32,000 bases of DNA from Nitrosospira multiformis ATCC 25196 (GTDB lineage: Bacteria; Pseudomonadota; Gammaproteobacteria; Burkholderiales; Nitrosomonadaceae), in contig NC_007614.1 of NCBI RefSeq assembly GCF_000196355.1, positions 2,790,001 to 2,822,000 of the forward strand. The letters are read 5' to 3'. The first letter of the stretch is position 1; each line of letters opens with the position of its first letter. The notes under the pieces are model-generated. The model searched no databases. It was not told where the DNA came from and saw only the letters and a program-made list of their open reading frames with translations. Positions 8,779 to 19,213 of this stretch are shown here, in pieces. The translations under genes were made by a program, and so were the position numbers.

Positions 8779-10713
8779 ATGAAGAAACTGTTGATCGGGC
8801 TGTTTTTGGCAACAACCTCCACTGCAACGTATGCAGCCGCAAGAAACCAGGACTTCCTGGCCCTGAAGCACGCATATCAGGCGGGCAACACTGCGCGCGT
8901 GAATATGTATGCGCAGCGGCTGCGAGGGCACGTGCTTGAACCTTATGGAGCTTATTATCAACTGCGACCGCAACTCTGGAATCCGAAGCTGAGTCCGGAC
9001 ACTGTCAAGCAGTTTATCGAGAAATATCACGATAGCCCTCTCAGCGACCGCCTGCTGGGAGAATGGCTGAAGGTCCTGGGCTGGACCGAGCGATGGGATC
9101 TTTTCGCAGAAAACTATCCGCGCATGGTCAACAAGGATGTCGAACTGGTCTGTTACTCTCTTCAACAGCGCCTGGCGGGAGGTGATCCCACCGTCTATAA
9201 GGAGGCATTTCCGTTATGGTTCAACGCGCGTGAGATGCCGCACAGCTGTAATCAGATATTCGATGTACTGATTACCGCCGGGACGCTGACAGACGACGAT
9301 ATCTGGGCACGGCTGCGTCTTGCGCTCGAGTCCGGCAATGTCAGCGCGGCAAAACGCATCAATGAATACCTGCCCAAAAATCAGCGTCTGAACGAACGCA
9401 ACCTGAATGCCGCCACAGAAAATCCTCTCCGCTATCTGGAAAGGCATCGGCGTGAGATCAAAACCCGCTCCGATCGGGAAATCGCACTTTTCGCCATGGT
9501 GCGCTTGCTCCGCAGCGGGCTCGATCAGGCGCATGCTTATTGGCCGCGGATACGCGACCGCTTCGGTGCGCCAGACCAGGCGTATTTTCTGGTGCAACTT
9601 GCGGACCAGGGGGCCCGGCGGCTGGACCCGCGCGCGTTGCAGTGGTTTGGAGAAGCCGCCAATACGCACAAGTCTGTTCCCCTCACCGATGCCCAGCTTG
9701 GTTGGAAAACCCGCACCGCCTTGCGTGCCGGGGACTGGAATCTCGTCCTGGATACAATCGAAACCATGTCGGCGGCGGAACAGAAAGAGGGGGTCTGGCG
9801 TTACTGGAAAGCGCGGGCGTTGAAAGCTAAAGGAAAATTAAAGGAAGCAAACGCCATTCTTGCGCCGTTGAGCAGCGAGCATCATTTTTACGGGCAATTG
9901 GCCGAAGAGGAGTTGGGCGTTACCATCGGCGCTCCTGCGGAATCCTTCAAGCCGACGGCAAAAGAAATTTCCGCAATGGAGCGGACGCCTGGAATCGCGC
10001 GCGCGCTGGCCTTCTACAACCTGGATTTGCGTTCGGAGGCGGCCCAGGAATGGATTTGGGCCGTGCGAAAATTTGATGACCATGAGCTGCTGGCGGCAGC
10101 GGAAGTCGCCCGCCGTCATGGGCACTACGACCGCGCCATCAATACCGCCGACAGAACCGTGCAGCGCCACGATTTCCACCTGAGGTTCCTTGCACCGCAT
10201 AGAGATGCGATGCGCGACATCCTGAAGCAGCAGGAACTCGACGAAGCATGGGTCTACGGCCTCATTCGCCAGGAGAGCCGCTTCGTCAGCGATGCCAAGT
10301 CCAGCGCCGGCGCTATGGGTCTGATGCAACTGATGCCCGGTACGGCAAAGTGGGCCTCCAAACAGATGGGACTGAGAAAGTATCGCCCAAGCCGGGTGAC
10401 GGAGGTAAATACCAACCTGACGCTGGGCACCTATTATATGAAACACGTGCTGTCCCTGTTCGACAACCAGTCGCTGGCTTCGGCCGCATACAACGCCGGT
10501 CCGAGCCGCGTGTGGCAGTGGCGTGATGAGAAGCCGCTGGAGGGCGCGATTTATGCGGAAACGATCCCCTTCAATGAAACGCGCGATTATGTCAAAAAGG
10601 TGATGAGCAACTCCATGTATTACGCCCGCAACTTCGGGCATCAGGTCAAGGCGCTGAAGCAGCGCCTGGGTATTGTCTCGTCCCGATTCGGGAGTGAAAA
10701 AGTGTCGGAGTGA
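8779..10713 (+). CDS. slt: soluble lytic murein transglycosylase (Slt70-like)
   Basis: Signal peptide MKKLLIGLFLATTSTATYAA, a long superhelical N-terminal region, and a C-terminal SLT domain with GLIRQESRF, GLMQLMPGTA and AYNAGPSRV. Confidence 0.9.
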   Translation: MKKLLIGLFLATTSTATYAAARNQDFLALKHAYQAGNTARVNMYAQRLRGHVLEPYGAYYQLRPQLWNPKLSPDTVKQFIEKYHDSPLSDRLLGEWLKVLGWTERWDLFAENYPRMVNKDVELVCYSLQQRLAGGDPTVYKEAFPLWFNAREMPHSCNQIFDVLITAGTLTDDDIWARLRLALESGNVSAAKRINEYLPKNQRLNERNLNAATENPLRYLERHRREIKTRSDREIALFAMVRLLRSGLDQAHAYWPRIRDRFGAPDQAYFLVQLADQGARRLDPRALQWFGEAANTHKSVPLTDAQLGWKTRTALRAGDWNLVLDTIETMSAAEQKEGVWRYWKARALKAKGKLKEANAILAPLSSEHHFYGQLAEEELGVTIGAPAESFKPTAKEISAMERTPGIARALAFYNLDLRSEAAQEWIWAVRKFDDHELLAAAEVARRHGHYDRAINTADRTVQRHDFHLRFLAPHRDAMRDILKQQELDEAWVYGLIRQESRFVSDAKSSAGAMGLMQLMPGTAKWASKQMGLRKYRPSRVTEVNTNLTLGTYYMKHVLSLFDNQSLASAAYNAGPSRVWQWRDEKPLEGAIYAETIPFNETRDYVKKVMSNSMYYARNFGHQVKALKQRLGIVSSRFGSEKVSE

Positions 10714-10723
10714 GGGGTCTGAC

Positions 10724-11662
10724 ATGACATTCAAGAATATCTGCATTTTCGGCGGCAGTGGCTTTGTCGGGAAACATCTCGCAAATCTCCTGACCAACCG
10801 GGAAATCTACCTGCGTATTCCCACACGAAACTACGAGCGTGCAAAGGAGTTGCTGGAGATACCCACTACCGACCTGATCGAGGCCGACATCTACGACGAT
10901 AGGGACCTCGACCGGCTGCTCCTCGGCATCGATGCCGTGATCAACCTGGTAGGCGTGTTGCAGGGTGACTTTCATGCTGTCCATGTGGAGCTTCCGCAAA
11001 AGATCATCGCAGCCTGTAAACGCAATGGCATTACCCGGATACTGCATATGAGCGCTCTGAAGGCCGGGCCCGGTCAACCGAGCGAGTATTTGCGCTCGAA
11101 GGGAGAGGGAGAACAGATCGTAAGGACATCCGGGATGGATGCAACCGTTTTCAGGCCGTCAGTTATATTTGGTCCGGGCGACTCCTCGATCAATCTTTTT
11201 GCCAGACTGGGACGTCTGCCGGTTTTACCGCTGGCCTCACCTCATGCGAAATTCCAGCCGATCTTCGTCATGGATGTCGTGCAGGCGTTTGCGCTCAGCC
11301 TGGATGAGCCGCGTACTTTCGGACGAAGCTACGACCTGTGCGGACCGAAGTGCTACAGCCTGCGCGAACTGGTGGAGTATGCGGCACATGTGACGGGACA
11401 TGACCCTGCCATCATCGGGCTGGGAGATGCCCTTTCCCACCTCGAAGCAGCAGTGATGGAGATACTGCCAGGCAAACTGATGAGCGTCGATAATTACTAT
11501 TCGATGAAGATCGACAGCGTGTGCGACTGCGATAGTCCCGAGGCACTACTGGAAGTCTGGGGAATCCCTCCTACGGCACTTGAAGAAGCAGCACCGATAT
11601 ATCTGAAACATCAGTTGCCCCGTGAACGTTACAACTATCTGCGGCATTGGTCCGGGCGTTGA
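10724..11662 (+). CDS. NAD(P)-binding SDR-family protein, complex I NDUFA9-like
   Basis: ATG at 10724 gives MTFKNICIFGGSGFVGKHL (Rossmann motif at the N-terminus). YLRSKGEGE resembles the NDUFA9/epimerase YxxxK. The track start at 10673 overlaps the slt end. Confidence 0.8.
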   Translation: MTFKNICIFGGSGFVGKHLANLLTNREIYLRIPTRNYERAKELLEIPTTDLIEADIYDDRDLDRLLLGIDAVINLVGVLQGDFHAVHVELPQKIIAACKRNGITRILHMSALKAGPGQPSEYLRSKGEGEQIVRTSGMDATVFRPSVIFGPGDSSINLFARLGRLPVLPLASPHAKFQPIFVMDVVQAFALSLDEPRTFGRSYDLCGPKCYSLRELVEYAAHVTGHDPAIIGLGDALSHLEAAVMEILPGKLMSVDNYYSMKIDSVCDCDSPEALLEVWGIPPTALEEAAPIYLKHQLPRERYNYLRHWSGR

Positions 11663-11688
11663 GATAGATTCATACAGATAATTCCGGA

Positions 11689-12930
11689 ATGAAAACCTAC
11701 CTGGTGGGCGGCTCCGTGCGTGACGAGATACTGGGGCTGCCCGTAACGGATCACGATTATGTGGTTGTCGGCGTCTCGCCGGAAGAAATGGTACATCTGG
11801 GCTTCCGCCCGGTAGGAAAAGATTTTCCCGTTTTTCTTCACCCTCAAAGCCAGGAACAATACGCCCTGGCCCGCACGGAGCGCAAGGTTTCGCGCGGCTA
11901 CAAAGGGTTTGAGGTTTATGCTTCCCCCGAAGTTACGCTACAGGAGGACCTGGCGCGCCGTGATCTGACGATAAACGCAATCGCCAAGGATGAGTACGGC
12001 AACATCATCGACCCTTTCGGCGGGATCGCTGATCTGGAAGCCGGCGTGCTCCGCCATATCGGCCCGGCATTCACTGAAGACCCGGTGCGTGTCCTGCGTA
12101 CCGCTCGCTTTGCCGCACGTTTCGGTTTCCATATCGCGCCCGAAACACTAGCGCTGATGAACGAAATGGTCCATAACGGGGAGGTGGACGCCCTGGTGTC
12201 GGAGCGGGTATGGCAGGAGATTGCACGCGGTTTGATGGAGCGCCACCCTTCACGCATGTTTTACGCGCTGCGCGACTGTGGTGCCCTCACCCGTATCATG
12301 CCTGAAGTGGATGCCTTGTTCGGCGTGCCGCAACCTCCGCAGCATCACCCCGAAATCGATACCGGGGTACACGTGATGATGGTGATCGATTATGCCGCTT
12401 CGAGGAATTATTCCCTGCAGGTCCGGTTTGCCGCGCTCACCCACGATCTCGGTAAAGGGACGACTCCTCCGGAAGAATGGCCGCGCCATATTGGACACGA
12501 AGCGCGCAGCGTCAGACTGGTGCAGGGCTTATGCGAACGTATCAACCCTCCCAACGAAATGCGGAACCTGGCATTGCTGGTGGCCCGCTATCACGGAGAC
12601 GTGCACCGCGCGGCCGAACTGCGACCTGTCACCATCGCCAATCTGCTTCAGGGAGTGGATGCCTATCGCAAACCCGAGCGCTTCGAAGAATTTCTGCAAG
12701 CCTGCGCGTGTGATTTTCATGGACGGCCGGGCTACGCAACACGGCCTTACCCGCAGGCGGATCGACTCCGCGAAGCGTTTCAGGCGGCAAGAAGCGTGGA
12801 TGCGGGAGCGATCGCCAAAGAGATGGCAAGAAACGTTTCCGATCCCAGCCGCCTGCCCGTCGCCATTAACACTCGGGTAAGCGAAACCCGTATCGCTGAA
12901 ATCAGAAACCGTCTTGGAAGCCTCGCCTGA
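11689..12930 (+). CDS. cca: multifunctional CCA-adding tRNA nucleotidyltransferase with HD domain
   Basis: [38 protein letters not shown], and an HD region [11 protein letters not shown]...ALTHDLGK. Confidence 0.92.
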   Translation: MKTYLVGGSVRDEILGLPVTDHDYVVVGVSPEEMVHLGFRPVGKDFPVFLHPQSQEQYALARTERKVSRGYKGFEVYASPEVTLQEDLARRDLTINAIAKDEYGNIIDPFGGIADLEAGVLRHIGPAFTEDPVRVLRTARFAARFGFHIAPETLALMNEMVHNGEVDALVSERVWQEIARGLMERHPSRMFYALRDCGALTRIMPEVDALFGVPQPPQHHPEIDTGVHVMMVIDYAASRNYSLQVRFAALTHDLGKGTTPPEEWPRHIGHEARSVRLVQGLCERINPPNEMRNLALLVARYHGDVHRAAELRPVTIANLLQGVDAYRKPERFEEFLQACACDFHGRPGYATRPYPQADRLREAFQAARSVDAGAIAKEMARNVSDPSRLPVAINTRVSETRIAEIRNRLGSLA

Positions 12931-13015
12931 ATGCCGCTTTCCCCTTCGACGGCCTGAGGACTAGAATTTGCGCCTTGGCAAAGCCGGCAGAGGCTTTCTG
13001 ATGGCTAGTCAGCGC

Positions 13016-13492
13016 TTACATATGGCAGTGTCCGGAGATACCGCGCTTTTCGAGGTAGCGCTGATGATATTCCTCAGCAGGATAAAAATCTGAGGCGGGT
13101 GTAATTTCAGTCACGACCGGGGCGCGCCAGCGGCCGCTTTGCTCCAGTTTTTCCTTCGACGCGCGCGCCGCACTCTCCTGTTCAGGGGTGTAAAAGAATA
13201 TGGCAGAGCGGTACTGTTTACCCACGTCCGGTCCCTGCCGGTTGAGCGTAGTGGGATTATGGCAGTTCCAGAAGACGTCGAGCAACTCATCATAGCTGAC
13301 CTGCGACGGATCGTATTCCACCTGCACTACCTCGGCGTGGCCGGTTTTATCAGTGCATACGTCGCGATAGGAAGGATTTTTCATATGGCCGCCGGAGTAG
13401 CCGCTGGTAACCTCCTTTACGCCTTTGACAGCACGAAAAGCGGCCTCCACGCCCCAAAAGCAGCCTGCTCCAAAAATCGCTTTTTCTGTCAT
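13016..13492 (-). CDS. msrA: peptide-methionine (S)-S-oxide reductase
   Basis: Active-site [22 protein letters not shown] and YHQRYL; 158 aa. Confidence 0.93.
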   Translation of the reverse strand: MTEKAIFGAGCFWGVEAAFRAVKGVKEVTSGYSGGHMKNPSYRDVCTDKTGHAEVVQVEYDPSQVSYDELLDVFWNCHNPTTLNRQGPDVGKQYRSAIFFYTPEQESAARASKEKLEQSGRWRAPVVTEITPASDFYPAEEYHQRYLEKRGISGHCHM

Positions 13493-13599
13493 TGCTGTGC
13501 CTCTACGTTATATAAACCCGGTTCGACGGACTGACTACACCGGTCAATCACTTAATCGGTTAAATGGGGTTTCCCCCGCGCAAATCAATCGGGAATCTA

Positions 13600-14385
13600 C
13601 TAATTTTCTTTGTGGTCTTTATAGCTTATGCGAGGCTTATGCGGTGCATTGGCGAATAGCCGGTCGTACAGGAAATTGGGAAGCAACCGCAAGACCCGGG
13701 CGACAATTGCCATTTGCCAAGGTATTACGGCAAACGATTTCTTGCGCTCGATAATGCCGACGATCTTCCGGGCGGCGGCTTCAGCGGTCAGGATGAAGGG
13801 CATGGGGAAGGGATTATCGACTGTCATGGGCGTTACGACATAGCCGGGGCAAATGGTTATGACGGATAGGCCGCTTCCGTGCAATTCCACCCGGAGGCTC
13901 TCCAGGTAGCTGATTGCAGCTGCCTTGGAAGCCGAATAGGCGCCGCTGCCGGGCAGGCCGCGATAGCCGGCGACACTTGCAATTCCTACCAGACTACCCT
14001 GTCCGACTGTGCGCATGACTGAAACAAAGGGCTGGAAGAGGTTCACCATACCGATAACATTCGTGGTGAGAATATCCTCAAAAACCTCCTTGTCTTCGGC
14101 ACATTCGGTAAGGGTGCCGTGACTGATGCCCGCGTTGGCGATGACGATATCGGGACAACCATGGCGGACGATAAAATCTTCTGCCGCAGTCCGCAGGGCA
14201 GCAGCATCACGCACATCCGCGACGTAGAGAGATACCTTCGCTTCCGCCCTCTCCGCCACGAGGCTCTCCAGCAAATCCACCCGGCGAGCAATCAGGCCAA
14301 GCGTTGCGCCGCTGTCGGCATAACGGCGCGCCAACGCCCTCCCGAGGCCGGTGGAGGCGCCACTGATGATGACTTTCAGGGTCAA
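13600..14385 (-). CDS. short-chain dehydrogenase/reductase (classical SDR)
   Basis: TTG start 9 nt after the dsbA stop. Contains ISGASTGLGRALA (TGxxxGxG), NAGI and YSASKAA (YxxxK). Confidence 0.85.
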   Translation of the reverse strand: MTLKVIISGASTGLGRALARRYADSGATLGLIARRVDLLESLVAERAEAKVSLYVADVRDAAALRTAAEDFIVRHGCPDIVIANAGISHGTLTECAEDKEVFEDILTTNVIGMVNLFQPFVSVMRTVGQGSLVGIASVAGYRGLPGSGAYSASKAAAISYLESLRVELHGSGLSVITICPGYVVTPMTVDNPFPMPFILTAEAAARKIVGIIERKKSFAVIPWQMAIVARVLRLLPNFLYDRLFANAPHKPRISYKDHKEN

Positions 14386-14394
14386 CGGAAGAAG

Positions 14395-15042
14395 CTATTT
14401 TCCAGTCCGTTCCTTGCGCACTTTCTGTATCAACTCTTCCATTGTCCGAATGGTATCGTCCGGCGTACTGCCCATTCTGCCACTCGTGAGATATCTGCCA
14501 TCCACCGCTATCGCAGGCACGCCGGTAAGACCATAATCCTTCGAGAAATGCACGGATCTGGATAGTTGATTCTGTACCGAGAACGAATTGTAGACATCTA
14601 TAAATTTCTGACGGTCTATTCCCTGTTTTGCAATCCAGTCGAACAGCACGTCCTCCTTGCCCAGGTCTATCCCGTCTCTGTGAATGGCATCGTAGACCTT
14701 GTCATGCAGCCGATCTTTTTCTCCGAGCGCTTCCAGTGCATAAAATGTTTTTGCAGCCGGCGCCCAGGTGGGACGAAAAACTGCGGGAACATAGCGGAAG
14801 CTGACATCCGCGGGCTTGTGCTTGAGCCAGGCCTTGATGCGGGGATGCAACTCGTAGCAGTGCGGGCAGCCGTACCAGAAAAATTCCATGACTTCTATAT
14901 TCTTTCCCCCTTCAGCGGGAAAAGGACGGGGCAGGACCGTGTAATCCTTTCCTTCGACGATATCCGCGCGAGCAGGGGAAATTGACGGAAAACCTATACC
15001 GGCCAGCAACAGGAATGCCGTAAGCAGCCGCAGTAAATTCAT
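14395..15042 (-). CDS. dsbA: periplasmic thiol:disulfide oxidoreductase DsbA
   Basis: AAGGAG RBS, signal peptide MNLLRLLTAFLLLAGIGFPSISPARA, and active site FFWYGCPHCYELH. Confidence 0.9.
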   Translation of the reverse strand: MNLLRLLTAFLLLAGIGFPSISPARADIVEGKDYTVLPRPFPAEGGKNIEVMEFFWYGCPHCYELHPRIKAWLKHKPADVSFRYVPAVFRPTWAPAAKTFYALEALGEKDRLHDKVYDAIHRDGIDLGKEDVLFDWIAKQGIDRQKFIDVYNSFSVQNQLSRSVHFSKDYGLTGVPAIAVDGRYLTSGRMGSTPDDTIRTMEELIQKVRKERTGK

Positions 15043-15125
15043 ATTTTTCTCCTTCAGTTGGATGCCCCGAAATTGGTGGATCGTTTACCGGTCCACGTCT
15101 TGCCGCTGTGCTCCCTTATGTTCCC

Positions 15126-15737
15126 CTACGCTCCCTCATGCACCCTGATGGGGCTGGTCTGAACGCCATTCTGCTGAAGCGATGCACGAATCCGGTTCAT
15201 GTCATCGACATTGGAAAAAGGTCCCACGCGTACGCGGTGCCATAGCCCTTTTTGCGGAACTTCGGCAGTCTGGACCGCCGCTTCCACTCCCAGCATCGCC
15301 AGCTTCGCTTTCATATTTTCGGCGTCATTCGGATTCTGGAATGCTCCCGCTTGAAGAAAGTACTTATCCTGAGAAGTCGGCGGCTGCTTTGCAGCCTGTT
15401 TCAGCTGCTGCTCCGTGACGGGTTCCTCTGTGGAGGGAAGAATATTATAAAATTCAAAGCGCGGTTTGCTATCGGACGCTTTCGCGGTTTTGTCTTCAAT
15501 GCCAGCCGCTTCCTCTTCTTTTTCAGGCTTATCCGCAGCATTCCCGTTTGCAGAAGCCTCGGCCACCTTATCCTGAGAGATAAAGGGACTGGGCGCCTGG
15601 CTCATGTACATCCAGGTGCCCATGGCGGTGAGAAGACCCAGGACATAGCCGATAAACATCCCGAAAAAGAGGGTGCCTGTTTTCTTTCCCGAGTAGAGAG
15701 GCGTTTTGTAATCTCGATTCAAGTAAGGATGCGTCAT
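15126..15737 (-). CDS. SPOR domain-containing membrane protein (FtsN/DedD-like septal peptidoglycan binder)
   Basis: One TM helix (LFFGMFIGYVLGLLTAMGTWMYM), a low-complexity linker, and a C-terminal SPOR domain YFLQAGAFQNPNDAENMKAKLAMLGVEA...WHRVRVGPFSNVDDMNRI. The ATG at 15737 overlaps the argS TGA (TGATG); a GTG at 15740 is an alternative start. Confidence 0.85.
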   Translation of the reverse strand: MTHPYLNRDYKTPLYSGKKTGTLFFGMFIGYVLGLLTAMGTWMYMSQAPSPFISQDKVAEASANGNAADKPEKEEEAAGIEDKTAKASDSKPRFEFYNILPSTEEPVTEQQLKQAAKQPPTSQDKYFLQAGAFQNPNDAENMKAKLAMLGVEAAVQTAEVPQKGLWHRVRVGPFSNVDDMNRIRASLQQNGVQTSPIRVHEGA

Positions 15738-17482
15738 CACATTTTAGCTGGCGCGCTCACGCCCAATAGTTTAAGACCGTTATTCAATACCTGTCTGACC
15801 GCCGCCACAAGCGCCAATCTTGCAAGGCGGACCGTCATCTCCGGCACCAGGAAACGAGTAGAATTATAGTAACTGTGGAACTCCCCTGCCAGTTCCTTCA
15901 AGTAAAAGGCAATCAGGTGGGGAGAGAATTCCCTCGCTGCGGCTTCGACCGTTTCGGGATAGTCGATCAGCTTCTGCAACAGGGAGAGTTCCGCAGCGCC
16001 GGTTAATGCAGAAGTGTCGGCTGTAACCAGCATGCCTGGGTCTTCCCCCCACTGTTCCAGCACGCTGCAAACCCTTGCATGCGCATATTGCACGTAATAC
16101 ACCGGGTTATCGGTGCTTTGCGACTTTGCCAAGTCCAGGTCGAAATCGAGATGCTGATCGCTCTTGCGTAATACGTAAAAAAAGCGCGCCGCATCGGTTC
16201 CCACTTCCTGACGCAACTCCCGCAAGGTGACAAATTCTCCCGCCCGGGTGGACATCGGCACCTTCTTGCCATCACGGTAAAGCACGGCAAACTGCACCAG
16301 AGCAATTTCAAGTTTCTCGGGATCGAGCGCCAATGCCTGCATGGCGCCTTTCACCCGGGAAATGTAGCCGTGATGGTCCGCGCCCCAGATATCGATCACG
16401 CGGTCGAATCCGCGTGAGAATTTGTTGAGGTGATAGGCAATATCAGAGGCAAAATAGGTGAACTGCCCGTTTTCGCGCTGCACCACCCTATCCTTTTCGT
16501 CACCGAAATGACTGGAGCGGAACCATTTGGCGCCATCCTGCTGATACAGGTAATTGCCTTCTTCGAGCAGGTGAACAGCCTGGGCCACCCCTCCGCTGTC
16601 GAATAAGGATTGCTCGGAAAACCAGATGTCGAAGGTGACGCCGAATTCCATCAGATCGTTGCGGCAATCCCCCAATTGCTCATTCAGAACGAAGTTATGG
16701 ATGTAGGCATAATCCTGCCCCAGCAGCTTTTTCGCGTTGGCAATCAATCCATCAAGGGCAGCCTCCGTGTCCGCTTCCGCTCCGGCAACGCGATCAAACA
16801 GCAGTTCCGGCTCATGCACATAGCGTCCGGCATGGGCTTTATGAATCAGCCTTGCCATGTCGCGCACATACTCCCCCTGATAGGCATTGGGCGGAAAAGC
16901 TGAGGCGACGCCGTTCAGTTCCAGGTAGCGCAGCCAAGTGGAAAGCGCCAGAATATCCATCTGGCGGCCGGCGTCGTTAATGTAATACTCGCGCGTCACC
17001 GAATAGCCTGCGGCGGCGAGCACGTTGGCAAGGCTTGCGCCAAATGCCGCGCCTCTGCCGTGTCCCACATGCAACGGGCCCGTGGGATTGGCTGAAACGA
17101 ATTCAACCTGGATTTTTTCCCCTGCCCCCATGCTGCTGTGACCGAACTTCTCACCGCTCTCCAGCACATATCGCGAAAACTGCTGCTTGGCCGAGGTGGT
17201 GAGAAACAGGTTGATAAAACCCGCGCCTGCAATTTCCACTTTTTCCAGATAAGGGGATGCGGAGAATGCGGTGGCAAGAGATTGCGCAATGTCGCGCGGC
17301 TTTTGACGCAATGGCTTGGCCAGTTGCATCGCCAGGTTGCAGGAATAATCGCCGTGACTTGACTGCCGCGGCCGGGCAAATTCTATATCCAGATTCAGGT
17401 CCGCCAATCCCCTCTCATTCAGGGCATTGCGCAGGATATCGGTAAAGTGGGATTTGAAGTCAGGCTGAACAGGGGGAATCAC
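15737..17482 (-). CDS. argS: arginine--tRNA ligase
   Basis: Class I aaRS with SANPTGPLHVGHGR (HIGH), the MSTRAG (KMSK-like) region, and a C-terminal DALR anticodon-binding domain. I place the start at GTG 17482 (GAGAAGG 5 nt upstream). The track start at 17533 is a TTG lying upstream of a TATAAT at 17513-17518, so it is less likely. Confidence 0.9.
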   Translation of the reverse strand: MIPPVQPDFKSHFTDILRNALNERGLADLNLDIEFARPRQSSHGDYSCNLAMQLAKPLRQKPRDIAQSLATAFSASPYLEKVEIAGAGFINLFLTTSAKQQFSRYVLESGEKFGHSSMGAGEKIQVEFVSANPTGPLHVGHGRGAAFGASLANVLAAAGYSVTREYYINDAGRQMDILALSTWLRYLELNGVASAFPPNAYQGEYVRDMARLIHKAHAGRYVHEPELLFDRVAGAEADTEAALDGLIANAKKLLGQDYAYIHNFVLNEQLGDCRNDLMEFGVTFDIWFSEQSLFDSGGVAQAVHLLEEGNYLYQQDGAKWFRSSHFGDEKDRVVQRENGQFTYFASDIAYHLNKFSRGFDRVIDIWGADHHGYISRVKGAMQALALDPEKLEIALVQFAVLYRDGKKVPMSTRAGEFVTLRELRQEVGTDAARFFYVLRKSDQHLDFDLDLAKSQSTDNPVYYVQYAHARVCSVLEQWGEDPGMLVTADTSALTGAAELSLLQKLIDYPETVEAAAREFSPHLIAFYLKELAGEFHSYYNSTRFLVPEMTVRLARLALVAAVRQVLNNGLKLLGVSAPAKM

Positions 17483-17578
17483 GACAACCTTCTCGGCTGT
17501 TACACAGCCGCTATTATAACGGGCTCCGGCCAAGTTACGCGCCAGTTTGTCGTGATCAAATGGATAAATCGCGCCTTG

Positions 17579-18389
17579 CTAAAAAACGATCGTCCACCCC
17601 GGCTGATTTGCCTGCTGCCTGGTATAGGACACGCCATGCACCTTCAGACCGTCCTGGTTCAGCAAAGTGATGATGCCTCCCTTGTTGGACAGGGCGACCG
17701 GAGGTTGAATATCGATCCGGAGCATCGCACCCGGCTCTATGGCCCCGCTCAACGGCATTTTTGCTTTGTGCTTGTCAGCCAGTTGCCAGCCCGCGAGGGA
17801 AATGGCGCGATCACTTGCGTTCAATATATTGACCCACTCCTTTTCGGGAGATTCGATCGAATTAACCATTGCCGAAACAATGCGCACCAGGCCATCCGGG
17901 AGAGCTTGGGTTGGCTGCGGCACGACCGGATCCGGATTCCTCGGTTCCCCCTCTTCACCTTCGGCCCACGTACGGCCGGTCCGGTCGTCGGTATGCCAGC
18001 TTTGCGACTGAAATTTCAAGAAAACGGCTGTCCACTGCTGCTGAAGAGGAAAATGGAACAGCACGCCGCCATCCTGCCACACTCCATCATCCTTGATAAA
18101 GCTTCCGACATTTCCCTGGTTCATGTGAATATCGTGTATGCCGTTACCGGGTAGAAAACCGAAGTACTTATCCGCCTTGTTGCTCTCCGGTCCCCACCTT
18201 TCACCAAAGGCGTAAACCAAGGCCTCTTCGTCTGCCATCGCGCGCTGCACGATCTGGTCGAGCTTCTCGTTCAGGTCATTATCGGGGCCGGGAAGATCGT
18301 GTGGAAGCGGCGTCATCATCCCGGGTTGCAGGAGGTTGCCGCGGATCAGATCAAGCGCGCCCGAGCCGGGGTGGGATGCAAGCCGGCTA
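17579..18389 (-). pseudogene. 3' fragment of an IS-disrupted DUF2278 (YukJ-like) + lamin-tail-domain gene
   Basis: Encodes ...SRLASHPGSGALDLIRGNLL...YFGFLPGNGIHDIHMNQGN... plus a C-terminal LTD-like segment EWVNILNASDRAISLAGWQLAD. It has no N-terminus of its own. It joins in frame with 19233-19473 once the IS is removed. Confidence 0.85.
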
Positions 18390-18408
18390 GGCTCAGGACT
18401 CATTAATT
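18390..18408. repeat. IS terminal inverted repeat (transposase-distal end)
   Basis: ggctcaggactcattaatt, compared with the reverse complement of 19214-19232 (ggttcaggacctattaatt), matches 16/19. The transposase stop codon (18403-18405) lies inside it. Confidence 0.85.
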
Positions 18409-19160
18409 GAGATAGAAGATGACAGTTGCGGCGATACAGATGGCAGAGAAGAAGGTATGGGCACAGCGGTCGTAACGCATGGCGATCCTGCGCCAGTCCT
18501 TGAGCCGAGCGAACATGTTCTCGATCCTGTGCCTTTGCCTGTAGAGGGTCTTGTCGTATTTGATCTGGATTTTGCGATTCCTTTTTGTCGGTATGCAGGG
18601 CGTCATGCCTTTGGCACGCAACGCTGCCCGGAACCAGGCAGCGTCATAGCCGCGGTCTGCAATCAGGGTTTTGGCTTTGGGCAATGACGGCAGCAGCACA
18701 CGTGCTCCCTTGTAATCGCTCATCTGCCCTTCGGACAGGAGCATGGCCACAGGCTTGCCCTGACCGTCGCAGACCACATGAAGCTTCGAGTTCAGGCCGC
18801 CCTTTGTGCGACCGATACGGCGGGGAACATCCCCTTTTTTAGCAGGCTGGCTGCCGTGCGGTGGGCCTTCAGATGCGTGGCGTCGATCATCAGCCTCTCG
18901 GGCGTTTCCTCTTTACCGGTCAGTTCCACAAAGATGCGGTTGAACACGCCCAGTCGGCTCCAGCGCACGAAACGGTTATACAGTGTCTTGTGCGGCCCGT
19001 ATTCCCTGGGGGCATCCTTCCATTGCAGGCCATTCCGAATGACGTAGATGATCCCGCTGATCACCCGCAGATCATCAACACGGGGAACTCCGTGGGACAA
19101 GGGAAAATAAGGTTTTATACGGTTGAACTGTGTTTCCGACAGGTAAAACAAATCTCTCAT
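18403..19160 (-). CDS. IS5/IS427-group DDE transposase (orfA 18792-19160, orfB 18403-18840, joined by a programmed -1 frameshift)
   Basis: orfA reads MRDLFYLSETQFNRIKPYFP...GPHKTLYNRFVRWSRLGVF...IDATHLKAHRTAASLLKK. At A AAA AAG (18834-18840) a -1 shift continues as GDVPRRIGRTKGGLNSKLHVVCDGQGKPV...ADRGYDAAWFR...YRQRHRIENMFARLKDWRRIAMRYDR. Confidence 0.9.
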
Positions 19161-19213
19161 GGCAGCACCTCCGCCATAAGTGAATCACATTTGATCCTAT
19201 TCGTGAATCATGA

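Noticed and set aside
9838-10797. 319-aa minus-strand ORF
   Set aside because: It is antisense to the SLT domain of slt and bridges into the next gene. No motifs.
17447-18154. 235-aa plus-strand ORF
   Set aside because: It overlaps the argS start region and is antisense to the DUF2278-LTD fragment. Composition looks like a shadow ORF.
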